Source of the DNA: Candidatus Nanohalobium constans
GTDB lineage: Archaea; Nanohalarchaeota; Nanosalinia; Nanosalinales; Nanosalinaceae
Direction of reading: 5' to 3'
Length of the DNA: 32,000 nucleotides
Assembly (NCBI RefSeq): GCF_009617975.1
Contig: NZ_CP040089.1
Location: 480,001-512,000 of the forward strand
Below are positions 22,932-31,484 of the stretch, one piece after another; position 1 is the first letter of the stretch; each line of letters begins with the position of its first letter. The position numbers and the translations under genes are program-made. A model generated the notes under the pieces. That model saw only the letters and a program-made list of their open reading frames with translations. It had not been told where the DNA came from and did not search any database.

Positions 22932-23174
22932 TTAATCCTCTTCAACTAGGTTTTCTATCTGGAATGTTTCCTGGCATTGTGGGTATCCTTCGCAGCCCCA
23001 GAAGAATCCGTAACGACCTTCCTTAATCTTCATAGGCATTCCGCATTCCGGACAGGCAACTTCTTTAGGATCTTTCTTCTTGTGTTCGCTGCAGACGGGC
23101 TGACCTTTTCTATTCTTTGTGGTGGCTGATTCGCCGCAGAACACGCATTTTGTCATCTTTGTTTCTTGAGGCAT
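22932..23174 (-). CDS. Small protein with a topoisomerase-type C4 zinc finger
   Basis: 80 aa. CPECGMPMKIKEGRYGFFWGCEGYPQC matches the zf-C4 topoisomerase finger (C.CG......G..G.F.GCS.YP.C). A second CxxC...C..H element lies N-terminal (CVFCG...CSEH). Confidence 0.72.
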   Translation of the reverse strand: MPQETKMTKCVFCGESATTKNRKGQPVCSEHKKKDPKEVACPECGMPMKIKEGRYGFFWGCEGYPQCQETFQIENLVEED

Positions 23175-23228
23175 AGAATGTGTTTGGTGTCCGCAACTTT
23201 TTGTACATAAACTACTATCTAGTTATGT

Positions 23229-23861
23229 ATGGATAATATCTTGGTTTTCGGGCATTCAGTAACTCAAGGTTTATGGGGTGAAAAAGGAGGCTGGGTGCAG
23301 AGACTTGAGAATTCGTTGGTTTCTAACGCTTTGGAAACTCAAGACGAGGATGACATCTACTATCTGTTCAATCAAGGAGTTACAGGTGATACCTCTGAAG
23401 ATCTCCTTAACCGTTTAGAACAAGAATACCGGAACAGGACGGAAGAAGGGTATGAGGACCTGTTGATCATTCAGATTGGAGCCAACGATGTAATAGAGGA
23501 GAATGGACAGGTTAGAGTTGATCCGGAAGGATTTAGGCAGAATATTGTAGATCTCGTGGAGCTTGGGAAAGAGTTAAGTGACGAGTTAATCTTTGTAGGT
23601 GATTTCCCGGTCAACCCGGAAATAGGTGAAATACCTTACTCACCTGGGAAAAAACTCGATTACAGCCGGTTAAAACAGTATGAAGAAATCAAGAAGGAAG
23701 TATGCAGTGAAAAAGAGGTAGGATACATTGATTTGTTCAAAATGATGGAGAACAGAAATCAAAACAGGTTTCTGGAGGAAGGTGTCCATCCAACCAGTCA
23801 AGGTCATAAATTCGTATATCAAAAGGTAAAGAAAGAACTTGAGAGCAAAAACTTAATTTAA
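23229..23861 (+). CDS. SGNH/GDSL-family hydrolase
   Basis: Block I ILVFGHSVTQG (Ser nucleophile), block III IQIGANDV, block V EGVHPTSQGH. Confidence 0.78.
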   Translation: MDNILVFGHSVTQGLWGEKGGWVQRLENSLVSNALETQDEDDIYYLFNQGVTGDTSEDLLNRLEQEYRNRTEEGYEDLLIIQIGANDVIEENGQVRVDPEGFRQNIVDLVELGKELSDELIFVGDFPVNPEIGEIPYSPGKKLDYSRLKQYEEIKKEVCSEKEVGYIDLFKMMENRNQNRFLEEGVHPTSQGHKFVYQKVKKELESKNLI

Positions 23862-24785
23862 ACCAGACTTCTCCTGCTTCACATACTCGGCAGCATTCAA
23901 ACCAGCTTGACAGCCCTGACCAGATGAAACAGCCAGCTGCTGAACGCCTACATTGTTTACATCGCCAGCAGCGTAAAGTCCTTCCGTTCCTGTCTTCATC
24001 TCCTCGTCAACCTTAATTCGCTCCGATTCAGTTGTCTCAACCAGGTCTGAGATCTGTGAGTTAGGCTTTGTACCGATTTCAATGAAGGCTCCGGTCACTT
24101 CCAAGTCCTTCATCTCACCTTTGTGATCATATTTCAATCCTTCCAGTAGATTATCTCCATAGAACTCTTCTGCAGTGGCTTCTCTCAGCACTTCGACATT
24201 TTCGTCTTCTTCTACTTTGTCGATTGTGATCTGTTCTCCTTTCAGTACTCCGGAGCGGGATAGGACATATACTTTTTCAGCGATGTCGGAAAGGTAGTCC
24301 GCAGCCTCCGTCCCGGCATAACCTCCTCCAATGACTGCGACCGTTTCTCCCTTGTAGAGAGGTCCGTCGCATACTGCACAGTAGCCGACTCCTTTGTTCG
24401 CAAACTCTTCCTCGCCCGAGACACCCAGTTTCCTTCTACTGCCACCGGTCGCTATAATCACAGAGTAGGAGTGGAAAACTTCGCCATCCTCTCTTTCAAC
24501 TTCGAAGATATTATCGTTTTTTCGGATGTCCGTCACCTTGAAACCTTTCTCCTCTTCTACATCGTACTCTCTCATGTGCTCAAGAAATTTATCAGCCAGT
24601 TCAGGTCCGGAAATATGTTCAAAACCCAGGTAATTTTCAACTACATCAGTATTGTTGATCTGACCTCCATACTCGTCAGCGATAACAGTTACATCGATTC
24701 CAGAACGAACAGCGTAGATAGCAGCACTCTGTGCGGCAGAAGCACCACCAACAACAATCAAATCACGGACATCTTCTTCACTCAT
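23853..24785 (-). CDS. trxB: Thioredoxin-disulfide reductase-like flavoprotein
   Basis: 310 aa with the FAD motif VVGGASAAQSAA, the redox-active CAVC (24369-24380) and a second dinucleotide fold VIGGGYAGTEAADYL. Confidence 0.88.
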   Translation of the reverse strand: MSEEDVRDLIVVGGASAAQSAAIYAVRSGIDVTVIADEYGGQINNTDVVENYLGFEHISGPELADKFLEHMREYDVEEEKGFKVTDIRKNDNIFEVEREDGEVFHSYSVIIATGGSRRKLGVSGEEEFANKGVGYCAVCDGPLYKGETVAVIGGGYAGTEAADYLSDIAEKVYVLSRSGVLKGEQITIDKVEEDENVEVLREATAEEFYGDNLLEGLKYDHKGEMKDLEVTGAFIEIGTKPNSQISDLVETTESERIKVDEEMKTGTEGLYAAGDVNNVGVQQLAVSSGQGCQAGLNAAEYVKQEKSGLN

Positions 24786-24896
24786 AAACCAATTTTACTT
24801 GGAGAACATTCAAATTACCAATCATTACCTCAATGAAACCACCGAGGGCTCCACCTAGTTTTTAACTATTTGCCGAACTAACTCAAAATACACAGA

Positions 24897-24968
24897 GCGG
24901 CGTTGGTCCAGTGGCTAAGACATGTGCTTGCCATGCGCATAACCCGGGTTCAAATCCCGGACGCCGCA
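24897..24968 (+). tRNA. tRNA-Gly (anticodon GCC)
   Basis: Hand-folded. Acceptor GCGGCGT/ACGCCGC, anticodon arm TGTGC-TTGCCAT-GCGCA, T arm CCGGG-TTCAAAT-CCCGG, discriminator A. A T5 run follows at 24976-24980. Confidence 0.92.
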
Positions 24969-25059
24969 AAAAAGGTTTTTGAAAAAACTGTTTCATGTTT
25001 GACTTAATTGAGTTTCTTGCTGGTTGAATATGGGTGAAGAAAGGGGAAAGAAGTATTGT

Positions 25060-25314
25060 TTACTGTATTTCTATGTTTTCTGTTTTTTCTGTTTCTGGCC
25101 ATTCCACTTCGATTTCTATTGATGTGTCTCCGTCTTCTTCTTTTTCTACTTCAAGTTCGAATTCTACTTGTTCTCCGGGTTGAAGGTCTACTGAGTTCTC
25201 CCCTGATTTCAGTTTTACATATCCTTCAGCAATGCTGTCTGCAAGGTTGTGTAGTTTTTCTCCAGCCTCTTTTCGGCTCATCTTCTTAGTCGAGTTCAAA
25301 AGTTTTCTCTCCAT
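25060..25314 (-). CDS. Amphi-Trp domain protein
   Basis: 84 aa. MSRKEAGEKLHNLADSIAEGYVKLKSGENSVDLQPGEQVEFELEVEKEEDGDTSIEIEVEWPE fits the amphi-Trp pattern as I recall it (S.eeAa..L..lAd.Le.G.v.L..G...v.l.p...vefE.eve.e....elEiElEW). Confidence 0.6.
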   Translation of the reverse strand: MERKLLNSTKKMSRKEAGEKLHNLADSIAEGYVKLKSGENSVDLQPGEQVEFELEVEKEEDGDTSIEIEVEWPETEKTENIEIQ

Positions 25315-25375
25315 ACTATCTTTTTAGAACTGTAACGATATATCTCTTGGCACACAGATCTAGAGGTATCAGTCC

Positions 25376-25702
25376 TTACTTTTTGACGGATATCCTGTAG
25401 TAAGCCGGCTTATGACCTTTCTCCTTTCTGTCCTTGATTTTATCCGTGCCTAGCCGGGTTTCCTCATACTGTTTTTCTGGTTTGTTCATCCATTCCCAGT
25501 TCTGTATCTTTCCTTTCTTCCTGTGTTCCTCCAGTGTGTTTCTGATGTTCTGGCTTATTTTCCGGAGGTCGCCGCTGATCTCTTCAGCTTCGCTGCCCGG
25601 TACTTCCCTGCTGAACAAGTTTACTTCCAGGACTTTCTGATTGTATTTCTTTACATTCTTCACGCCCTTGATACCGGAGAGTTCGTTTATCAGATGTTCC
25701 AT
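25376..25702 (-). CDS. Hypothetical basic protein (108 aa, Lys/Arg-rich)
   Basis: The ORF has an unusually basic composition for this proteome (KKGKIQNWEWMNKPEKQYEE...KDRKEKGHKPAYYRISVKK). No family recognised. Confidence 0.5.
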   Translation of the reverse strand: MEHLINELSGIKGVKNVKKYNQKVLEVNLFSREVPGSEAEEISGDLRKISQNIRNTLEEHRKKGKIQNWEWMNKPEKQYEETRLGTDKIKDRKEKGHKPAYYRISVKK

Positions 25703-25743
25703 AGAAAATCAGTTAAGTAGAAATAGTAAGGGTAAATAATGTT

Positions 25744-26106
25744 TTAGAGCCGGTCGGAGAGTTTATCTTTCATCTCTTCCAGTGGCTGTACCAGATCCTT
25801 TGATTCCAGTTGATCTACAGGCACCCATTCTCCGTGTTCTGGTGTTCCTTCTATTTCGATGCTGTAAGGCTGCCAGGTAACTTCTTTCTCATCCTGGTCG
25901 AAACGGGTCTTCAAACGATCCCTGTACCGTGAAACCTGAGTGTCACATTCAGTAAGTGTTTGAACTGCTCTCTGAGCAGTGTCAGCAGATAGCTCATCGC
26001 TTCTACCGTCTGCGGATGGAAAGTTCCATTTCTGTGTTTTAGAGTCTTGAGTCATCAGAACTTTTTTGTTTCGAACAACTAAACCAGAAGAAATCTCAGT
26101 TACCAT
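25744..26106 (-). CDS. Nudix-fold-like protein with degenerate Nudix box (tentative)
   Basis: GLVVRNKKVLMTQDSKTQKWNFPSADGRSDELSADTAQRAVQTLTE resembles the Nudix N-terminal strand plus W.[FL]P.G...E......A..RE..EE. However, RE-x2-EE reads RA-VQ-TL. On the minus strand, TTATAAATAA at 26127-26136 lies ~21-30 nt upstream of the ATG. Confidence 0.4.
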   Translation of the reverse strand: MVTEISSGLVVRNKKVLMTQDSKTQKWNFPSADGRSDELSADTAQRAVQTLTECDTQVSRYRDRLKTRFDQDEKEVTWQPYSIEIEGTPEHGEWVPVDQLESKDLVQPLEEMKDKLSDRL

Positions 26107-26152
26107 ACAATACTATTTCTCAGCCTTATTTATAATGAATCGAGTTCTAAAT

Positions 26153-26569
26153 CTATCCTTCAGGATTACTTTCGACTACTTTCTCAGCCTCTTCCAAGGC
26201 TGCCTCCTTGTTCGTGAAGCCGTAAGCCGGATTATCAAGCTCGCCCTGAAATTTTTTCGACTCCAGCTCGTAGAAACCATTTTCGTTCTGGACTATGCTT
26301 ATCTCTGCCTCTGTTTTGGAATGTCTCCAGCAGTCACCGTCTCTAACCCATTCACCGACACTTCTCAGGTCTTCGCAGTAGCTTGAGTACCGTTTGTTGC
26401 CCTTCCTGCATACAAGCAGAGTGTCTTCATCAAAGTAGATTTCATACTCTCCTCCGCCGGGACCTTCCACAACTAGCTCTTCTTCAGAAACTTCCTGGAC
26501 TGTTAAAGGAGTCTTCCTATCGTTGAAAAGTACTTTTTCACCTTCTTCGAAACCTTCCAGTTCGCTCAT
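26153..26569 (-). CDS. Hypothetical protein (138 aa)
   Basis: ORF with acidic, coding-like composition. No motif recognised. Confidence 0.5.
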   Translation of the reverse strand: MSELEGFEEGEKVLFNDRKTPLTVQEVSEEELVVEGPGGGEYEIYFDEDTLLVCRKGNKRYSSYCEDLRSVGEWVRDGDCWRHSKTEAEISIVQNENGFYELESKKFQGELDNPAYGFTNKEAALEEAEKVVESNPEG

Positions 26570-26651
26570 CTGTAAACTCTCCTAACAGTTATTTGATCAA
26601 AAATATCTTCGATACGCTTCATGAAAGAGAAAATAGGGAGTAAATGTTATT

Positions 26652-27383
26652 TCAGTGACTGGTCCATCCTCCGTCGACAGGGATATTTGCTCCTGTGATA
26701 TATGATGCTTCTTCTGACGCTAGGAAAGTCACTGCTGAGGCGATTTCTTCCGGATCTGCCATCCTGCCAAGCGGAGTCATGTTTTCTATATGTGCCATGA
26801 AGTCTTCATTTTCTTTCAAGTCCGCTGTCATAGGTGTATCGACGAATCCTGGACAGATAGAGTTTACTCTTACATTGTGTTCTGCTAGATCGTTAGCAAC
26901 ACTTCGGGTTAGGTTGACGACTCCTCCTTTGGCTGTGTTGTATGCTGTTGAGCCTTTGTCCCCGACTAGGCCGTAAATCGATGCCATGTTGATGATGCAT
27001 CCCTCTGACTCTTTGAGGTGAGGTACAGCGGCTTTGCAGCCATGCATAACCCCATCCAAGTTGACTTGAATAATTTTACGATACTCCTCGATATCCATCT
27101 CCTCGATTCCATCGACGCTGCCAATACCGGCGTTGTTCACAATTAAATCCAGTTTTCCGTACATCTCAACTGTTTCCTCAACTACCCGTTCCACACTTTC
27201 AAAGTTGGAGACATCGCACTCCTTGAACTCGACGCCTACTTCATGAGCAACTTTCCGACCTTTCTCATTATCTAAATCAGCTATTACGACCTCAGCGCCC
27301 TCCCATGCCAACCTTTCAACCACTGCTTTTCCTATTCCGCTTGAACCACCGGTTACGATTGCTACTTTTCCTTCAAGATTCAT
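26652..27383 (-). CDS. Short-chain dehydrogenase/reductase (classical SDR)
   Basis: TGGSSGIGKA (TGxxxGIG), NNAGI, catalytic Ser (MAS) and YNTAK (YxxxK), with PG..DT downstream. Confidence 0.92.
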   Translation of the reverse strand: MNLEGKVAIVTGGSSGIGKAVVERLAWEGAEVVIADLDNEKGRKVAHEVGVEFKECDVSNFESVERVVEETVEMYGKLDLIVNNAGIGSVDGIEEMDIEEYRKIIQVNLDGVMHGCKAAVPHLKESEGCIINMASIYGLVGDKGSTAYNTAKGGVVNLTRSVANDLAEHNVRVNSICPGFVDTPMTADLKENEDFMAHIENMTPLGRMADPEEIASAVTFLASEEASYITGANIPVDGGWTSH

Positions 27384-27458
27384 CTTAATTCACGGGCAAG
27401 GATTGGAAAAACTGATTTAAAATTTTTGCCTGCCGCAGTTCAGAAACTGAAAACCGAG

Positions 27459-27680
27459 ATGTGCTTTCATAAAGAACAGCACGGATCTGTTTGCATGGCT
27501 TTCTGGCGGGGACTGTTAAGACGCCTCGGCGTCGGAATATTCTCCTATCTTATAATTGCCGTGGTTGTTTTAACCATCTCAATATTTGTCAGCGAACCTG
27601 ATAAGATTATGATCTACTCTTTTATCATCGTTCCTATTGTCTCTATTTCTGCAGCTTCTATTTACTACATCAAATTTTAA
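27459..27680 (+). CDS. Small membrane protein, two predicted TM helices (start uncertain)
   Basis: GVGIFSYLIIAVVVLTISIFV and IMIYSFIIVPIVSISAASIYYI are hydrophobic helices. The track start is TTG 27426, with ATGs at 27459 and 27495 as alternatives. Confidence 0.4.
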   Translation: MCFHKEQHGSVCMAFWRGLLRRLGVGIFSYLIIAVVVLTISIFVSEPDKIMIYSFIIVPIVSISAASIYYIKF

Positions 27681-27689
27681 ACAAGTTTC

Positions 27690-28607
27690 TTAGAGATCGT
27701 TAACCCGTTCAAACCTCTGCTTCAAACCTTCAAACTCCGACTCCAGACGATCGGAGCTGTTCTTCGCGTTCTTGATATGCTTCCTGTAGGTCTCCCACTC
27801 AGACTCAAAGCTGGAAAACGAGTTAGAGATTTCTTTCAGGCTCTGCTGAACATCCTCCGCTTTTTGAGACAATTTAGCGGTATGAACATCGTTTTTAACC
27901 AGTTCCAGTTTCTGACCCAGAGTCAGTGGAGAGACAAGTTGAACTCCTTTCTTCGCGTACTCATCTAGGATATCGTATTCCTCCTTGACGAGGTAGTAGT
28001 ATACTCTTTCAGAAGGAACGAATTCGAATGCGTAATCTGTTGTTCCGGAGTCAGGTCTTACATACTTGGATTCGACGCTGTCCAGCTGAGACTTTACGTC
28101 CCTTCTGAACTTTTTCTTCAAACTCTCCCTCTCTTCCTTGGTCTCTGCCTCCTGCATTTTTCTGAACTTGCTTAACGGGAACTTTGAGTCGATACATACT
28201 TTACCGGAGCTTGATTCGATGAAAGCATCAGGCCTCTTCCCTGCTACCGTTCCTTGAAAGCTGTACATCGAGCTTGGGAGGTGCCGGGATAGGATGTCTT
28301 CAAGTTTTCTCTCGCCGAACTCTCCTCGTTCCTTGGGGTTCTCTAGCATCGTCTGGATATCCTGATGCAGTTTCTCTATCTGATCTGCTTCTTTACCGAC
28401 GTTTTCAACCTCTTTCTCCAACGACTTGATCTTCTCACCCAGTTCCAGGTTCTGCCAGGACTCGCTGACAGCTCCCTGAACCTTCTCCTTATCCACTTCG
28501 AAATCTTGGTTTTCTTGCAGACCTTTCAACTCGCTTAACTCCTTTCCAAGGTAGAGAACGCCACCACCAAGCACCAGAAGTCCAACTCCCAAGATAATTT
28601 CAATCAT
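27690..28607 (-). CDS. rmuC: DNA recombination protein RmuC (N-terminal TM anchor, coiled coil, PD-(D/E)xK-like nuclease domain)
   Basis: 305 aa. GKRPDAFIESSSGKVCIDSKFPLSKF matches the RmuC core (RPD....LP.g..i.IDaKfPL..y). Hydrophobic N-terminus MIEIILGVGLLVLGGGVLYLG. Confidence 0.82.
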   Translation of the reverse strand: MIEIILGVGLLVLGGGVLYLGKELSELKGLQENQDFEVDKEKVQGAVSESWQNLELGEKIKSLEKEVENVGKEADQIEKLHQDIQTMLENPKERGEFGERKLEDILSRHLPSSMYSFQGTVAGKRPDAFIESSSGKVCIDSKFPLSKFRKMQEAETKEERESLKKKFRRDVKSQLDSVESKYVRPDSGTTDYAFEFVPSERVYYYLVKEEYDILDEYAKKGVQLVSPLTLGQKLELVKNDVHTAKLSQKAEDVQQSLKEISNSFSSFESEWETYRKHIKNAKNSSDRLESEFEGLKQRFERVNDL

Positions 28608-28660
28608 ACAGATATCTTAGGTCGGCACCGTTAAAGAATTAACTTGAACAACAGAAATCT

Positions 28661-31186
28661 GTGGAAACGGAAAAAGCATTCAACCCCAAAGAACTAGCCG
28701 AAAAGGTATCCAAGTACAAACTAGTTTTGACCGTTGAGGCTTCTCTGGCTGATGCAGTCAACAGTTACTTGGATGATGAAAAAGTCTTCACGCCGATGCA
28801 ACTGGTTGATGCAGACCAGGACTTCAGGAAGAAGATTTTTCTTGAAACAGTTGAGGAAACAGACCTGACCTGGAAACAAGCATCTTATTTGCTGGAAAAC
28901 ATCCTGAGCTGTTGGAAACATACTGGTGAACTGGAAGAACTACTTGATCGTCCAGAGTTCGACACAGAAGAAGTCAGAGAGATAATAGAAATACTTAGAG
29001 ATACAAAGACTCCCTACCACCAGATTGAAGATTACAAGCTAGAAGCTGAGACTGTAGCGGTCCTGAAAGAGTACCAGTTCACTGAGATCGATAGAAAGAT
29101 TCTCCCAGACGAGTACGACAGCATAGAAAGCTTCACAGAGGGAAACAGAGAGTTTGGAGAGTTCAAGGTGTTTGGATCAGCATCGGAGATAGCCCAGAGC
29201 ATCAAGGAAAACTTGCAGGAACTGAAGCCAGAAAATGTGGGTATCGCTGTAAAGCCCGGCACAAAGTACGAGCCATTGATCAAATCGGTTTTGGAGGCAG
29301 AGGATATCCCTTTCCAGCGTCGAAGCCATGCACAGGAGGATGAAGATGTAAGAACCTTCCTTTCTCTCCTAAGTACCGGTCTGACCAAGGGAACAGTCAG
29401 AGTGCAGGATGTACGACCTATAATCCATCAACTAGATATCAGAATCCCTGCCAGATACAACAATAGAAAATTAGATGATTTATCCGAAGCAGAAGATTTC
29501 AAGGATCTGCTGAACGCAGTGCAGTACCTTGACTTCAAAGACGCAGTCGAGAGATACCATGAGCTGACAGAGCGAGAAACCAAGGTACCGAAAGTCCTGG
29601 AAGAACTGGAACTGATGGACGAACAGGTCTCACAGGAGAACTTGAACTCTATAAGATACTATTTGGATAGCTTCGAGGTCGAAGCAGAGGAAAGAAATGA
29701 AGGAGTTCTACTAGCCGACCCTACAAAGGTTTCACAGATTAACAGAGAAATTGTCTTCCATGTCGGGATGGATACGGACTGGATGCGAGAAGTAGAAGAC
29801 AAGGACTGGATAGAAAAAGAAGAGCAGGAGCAGAAGAACTTGAAGGACTTCAAATCACTGATCCAATCCGGCAAGTCCTACTTCCTAGTTCAGGACCAAG
29901 AACTAAACGAGGAGATCATGCCATGCTTCTACTTCAACGAATTAATCGATGAAGAGTTCTCATCGTTCTCAGAGCTGCCGCATACTAAAGTTCAAGCGGA
30001 GAAAAGCCCTGAGAAGCACGGATTTGAAACACAAAACTACAGTACAGATTCAGAGAAAATCGAGGCTATCAGCCAGTCCGGTTTGAACAGTTTCGTGCAG
30101 AGCCCTCGACTCTACTTCATGGACCAACTGGTGAGCGACGCCGACCAGGAGAAGTTCAGGAAAGGAAACCTATTCCACATGTACGCCGAATATCACGCCA
30201 GCAACCCAGAAATAGCCAAGGACATCGAACAGGATGAAATCGTAAGTTTGATGATGGAAGAAATCGATGAATTCGCCGACGAGTTGGATCTCGAAGATCT
30301 GGAGACGGAGTTCCGGATCGGTCTGGAGAATATCCGCAGCTATCTGAAAAATCAGGACCTGAAAGAGTTGGAGCTGGACGAGTACACTGAAACAGAAGAC
30401 GAGAACATCTTTGTCAAGGAGTTTCCAGGAGGAAATGACGGGCTGGAGACAGAGGCATACTTCAAAGATAAGGAGCTAGGTGCCAAAGGAAAAGTCGACC
30501 TAATACTCGACAAAAACCACTTAGTCGACTTCAAATCCGGAAGAAAATACACAGTGCAAAAGGTGCTGAAAAAATCACATCCAGAACTATATGAAGGCGA
30601 AAAGTTCCCGGACTTCCAGCCACTCCTCTACATCACATTTCACCGGCAACATGTCGAGGGAAAAATCCATTTCACATTCCTACACTTCCTCAACGAACTC
30701 GGAAACAGTGTGAACGGGGAAGACGCACAGACAAAAACCACGATAACCTACCATCCTGAAAACTTCCAGGAAAAGAAGGCTTCAATGGAAGTATTCGAAT
30801 ACATGATCCGGGATGTCGCCAAAAGCAACGATCGGCGCAAAACACTGGAAAAACTCGGATACCAACAATACAGTAACTTCATGGAAGGAAGGAACCTGCC
30901 AGAACCATTCAACAAAGACAAACTACTGAAATCAGAGTTCGCAGCCGAATTCGAAGAATTCGCAAAGCAGGAAGTCGGAGACTACAAATATGTGGAAAAA
31001 GGCGTCAAAAAAGCACTGAAAAAACTGGTCGACTTCAGAATGGAAAACTACTTCAAAGAAGACGCCGACCAGATGGAAGATTTCGTACAAGAAAAACTGG
31101 AAGAAATCAACGAATACATGGACTCCAGATTCCCAGTCGATGCAAACCCAGATGAACTACATGATAGAGACTTAATTTTGAAGTAG
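28661..31186 (+). CDS. AddB-like protein: degenerate (Walker-A-less) helicase-like N-terminal region plus C-terminal Cas4/RecB-type PD-(D/E)xK nuclease domain
   Basis: 841 aa, GTG start. Nuclease motifs: SQSGLNSFVQSPRLYF (30071-30118), GNLFH, GKVDLILDKNHLVDFKSG (30488-30541) and FQPLLY. No GxxxxGK[ST] anywhere. It lies immediately upstream of a UvrD/AddA-type helicase gene. Confidence 0.68.
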   Translation: METEKAFNPKELAEKVSKYKLVLTVEASLADAVNSYLDDEKVFTPMQLVDADQDFRKKIFLETVEETDLTWKQASYLLENILSCWKHTGELEELLDRPEFDTEEVREIIEILRDTKTPYHQIEDYKLEAETVAVLKEYQFTEIDRKILPDEYDSIESFTEGNREFGEFKVFGSASEIAQSIKENLQELKPENVGIAVKPGTKYEPLIKSVLEAEDIPFQRRSHAQEDEDVRTFLSLLSTGLTKGTVRVQDVRPIIHQLDIRIPARYNNRKLDDLSEAEDFKDLLNAVQYLDFKDAVERYHELTERETKVPKVLEELELMDEQVSQENLNSIRYYLDSFEVEAEERNEGVLLADPTKVSQINREIVFHVGMDTDWMREVEDKDWIEKEEQEQKNLKDFKSLIQSGKSYFLVQDQELNEEIMPCFYFNELIDEEFSSFSELPHTKVQAEKSPEKHGFETQNYSTDSEKIEAISQSGLNSFVQSPRLYFMDQLVSDADQEKFRKGNLFHMYAEYHASNPEIAKDIEQDEIVSLMMEEIDEFADELDLEDLETEFRIGLENIRSYLKNQDLKELELDEYTETEDENIFVKEFPGGNDGLETEAYFKDKELGAKGKVDLILDKNHLVDFKSGRKYTVQKVLKKSHPELYEGEKFPDFQPLLYITFHRQHVEGKIHFTFLHFLNELGNSVNGEDAQTKTTITYHPENFQEKKASMEVFEYMIRDVAKSNDRRKTLEKLGYQQYSNFMEGRNLPEPFNKDKLLKSEFAAEFEEFAKQEVGDYKYVEKGVKKALKKLVDFRMENYFKEDADQMEDFVQEKLEEINEYMDSRFPVDANPDELHDRDLILK

Positions 31187-31190
31187 GTTT

Positions 31191-31484
31191 TTAGTCGTAC
31201 ATTTTATGTGCTTTGTCAATGTCTACGATGTTTGTGACATCTACTGTGTTTTCGTCTTCCTTTATCCAGTAGAAAGCGGTGTGGCTTCTTGAGATATGCA
31301 TTCTGTAGATTCCCTGTCCGTTCATCGTGACTTTTTCTACATCTCCTTCGGCTTTCCTGTTCGGCCGTGGATGAGGCGCTTCGTAAAGAGATTTCAACTT
31401 GTTTCTGATAATTTTCTCGCTCTTCTCATCTACTTTTTCTAGGTACTCCTGTGCCTCAGGGCTCAGAATAACTTCATACTTCAT
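31191..31484 (-). CDS. Type II toxin, RelE/ParE superfamily
   Basis: 97 aa. MKYEVILSPEAQEYLEKV...IIRNKLKSLYEAP...YRMHISRSHTAFYWIKEDENTVDVTNIVDIDKAHKMY follows the archaeal RelE pattern (Y.v.....a...L..l......ri...l..L...P...YR.r.g..r..Y.i......v.v..i..r..aY). It is overlapped by 11 nt by the upstream small ORF. Confidence 0.78.
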   Translation of the reverse strand: MKYEVILSPEAQEYLEKVDEKSEKIIRNKLKSLYEAPHPRPNRKAEGDVEKVTMNGQGIYRMHISRSHTAFYWIKEDENTVDVTNIVDIDKAHKMYD

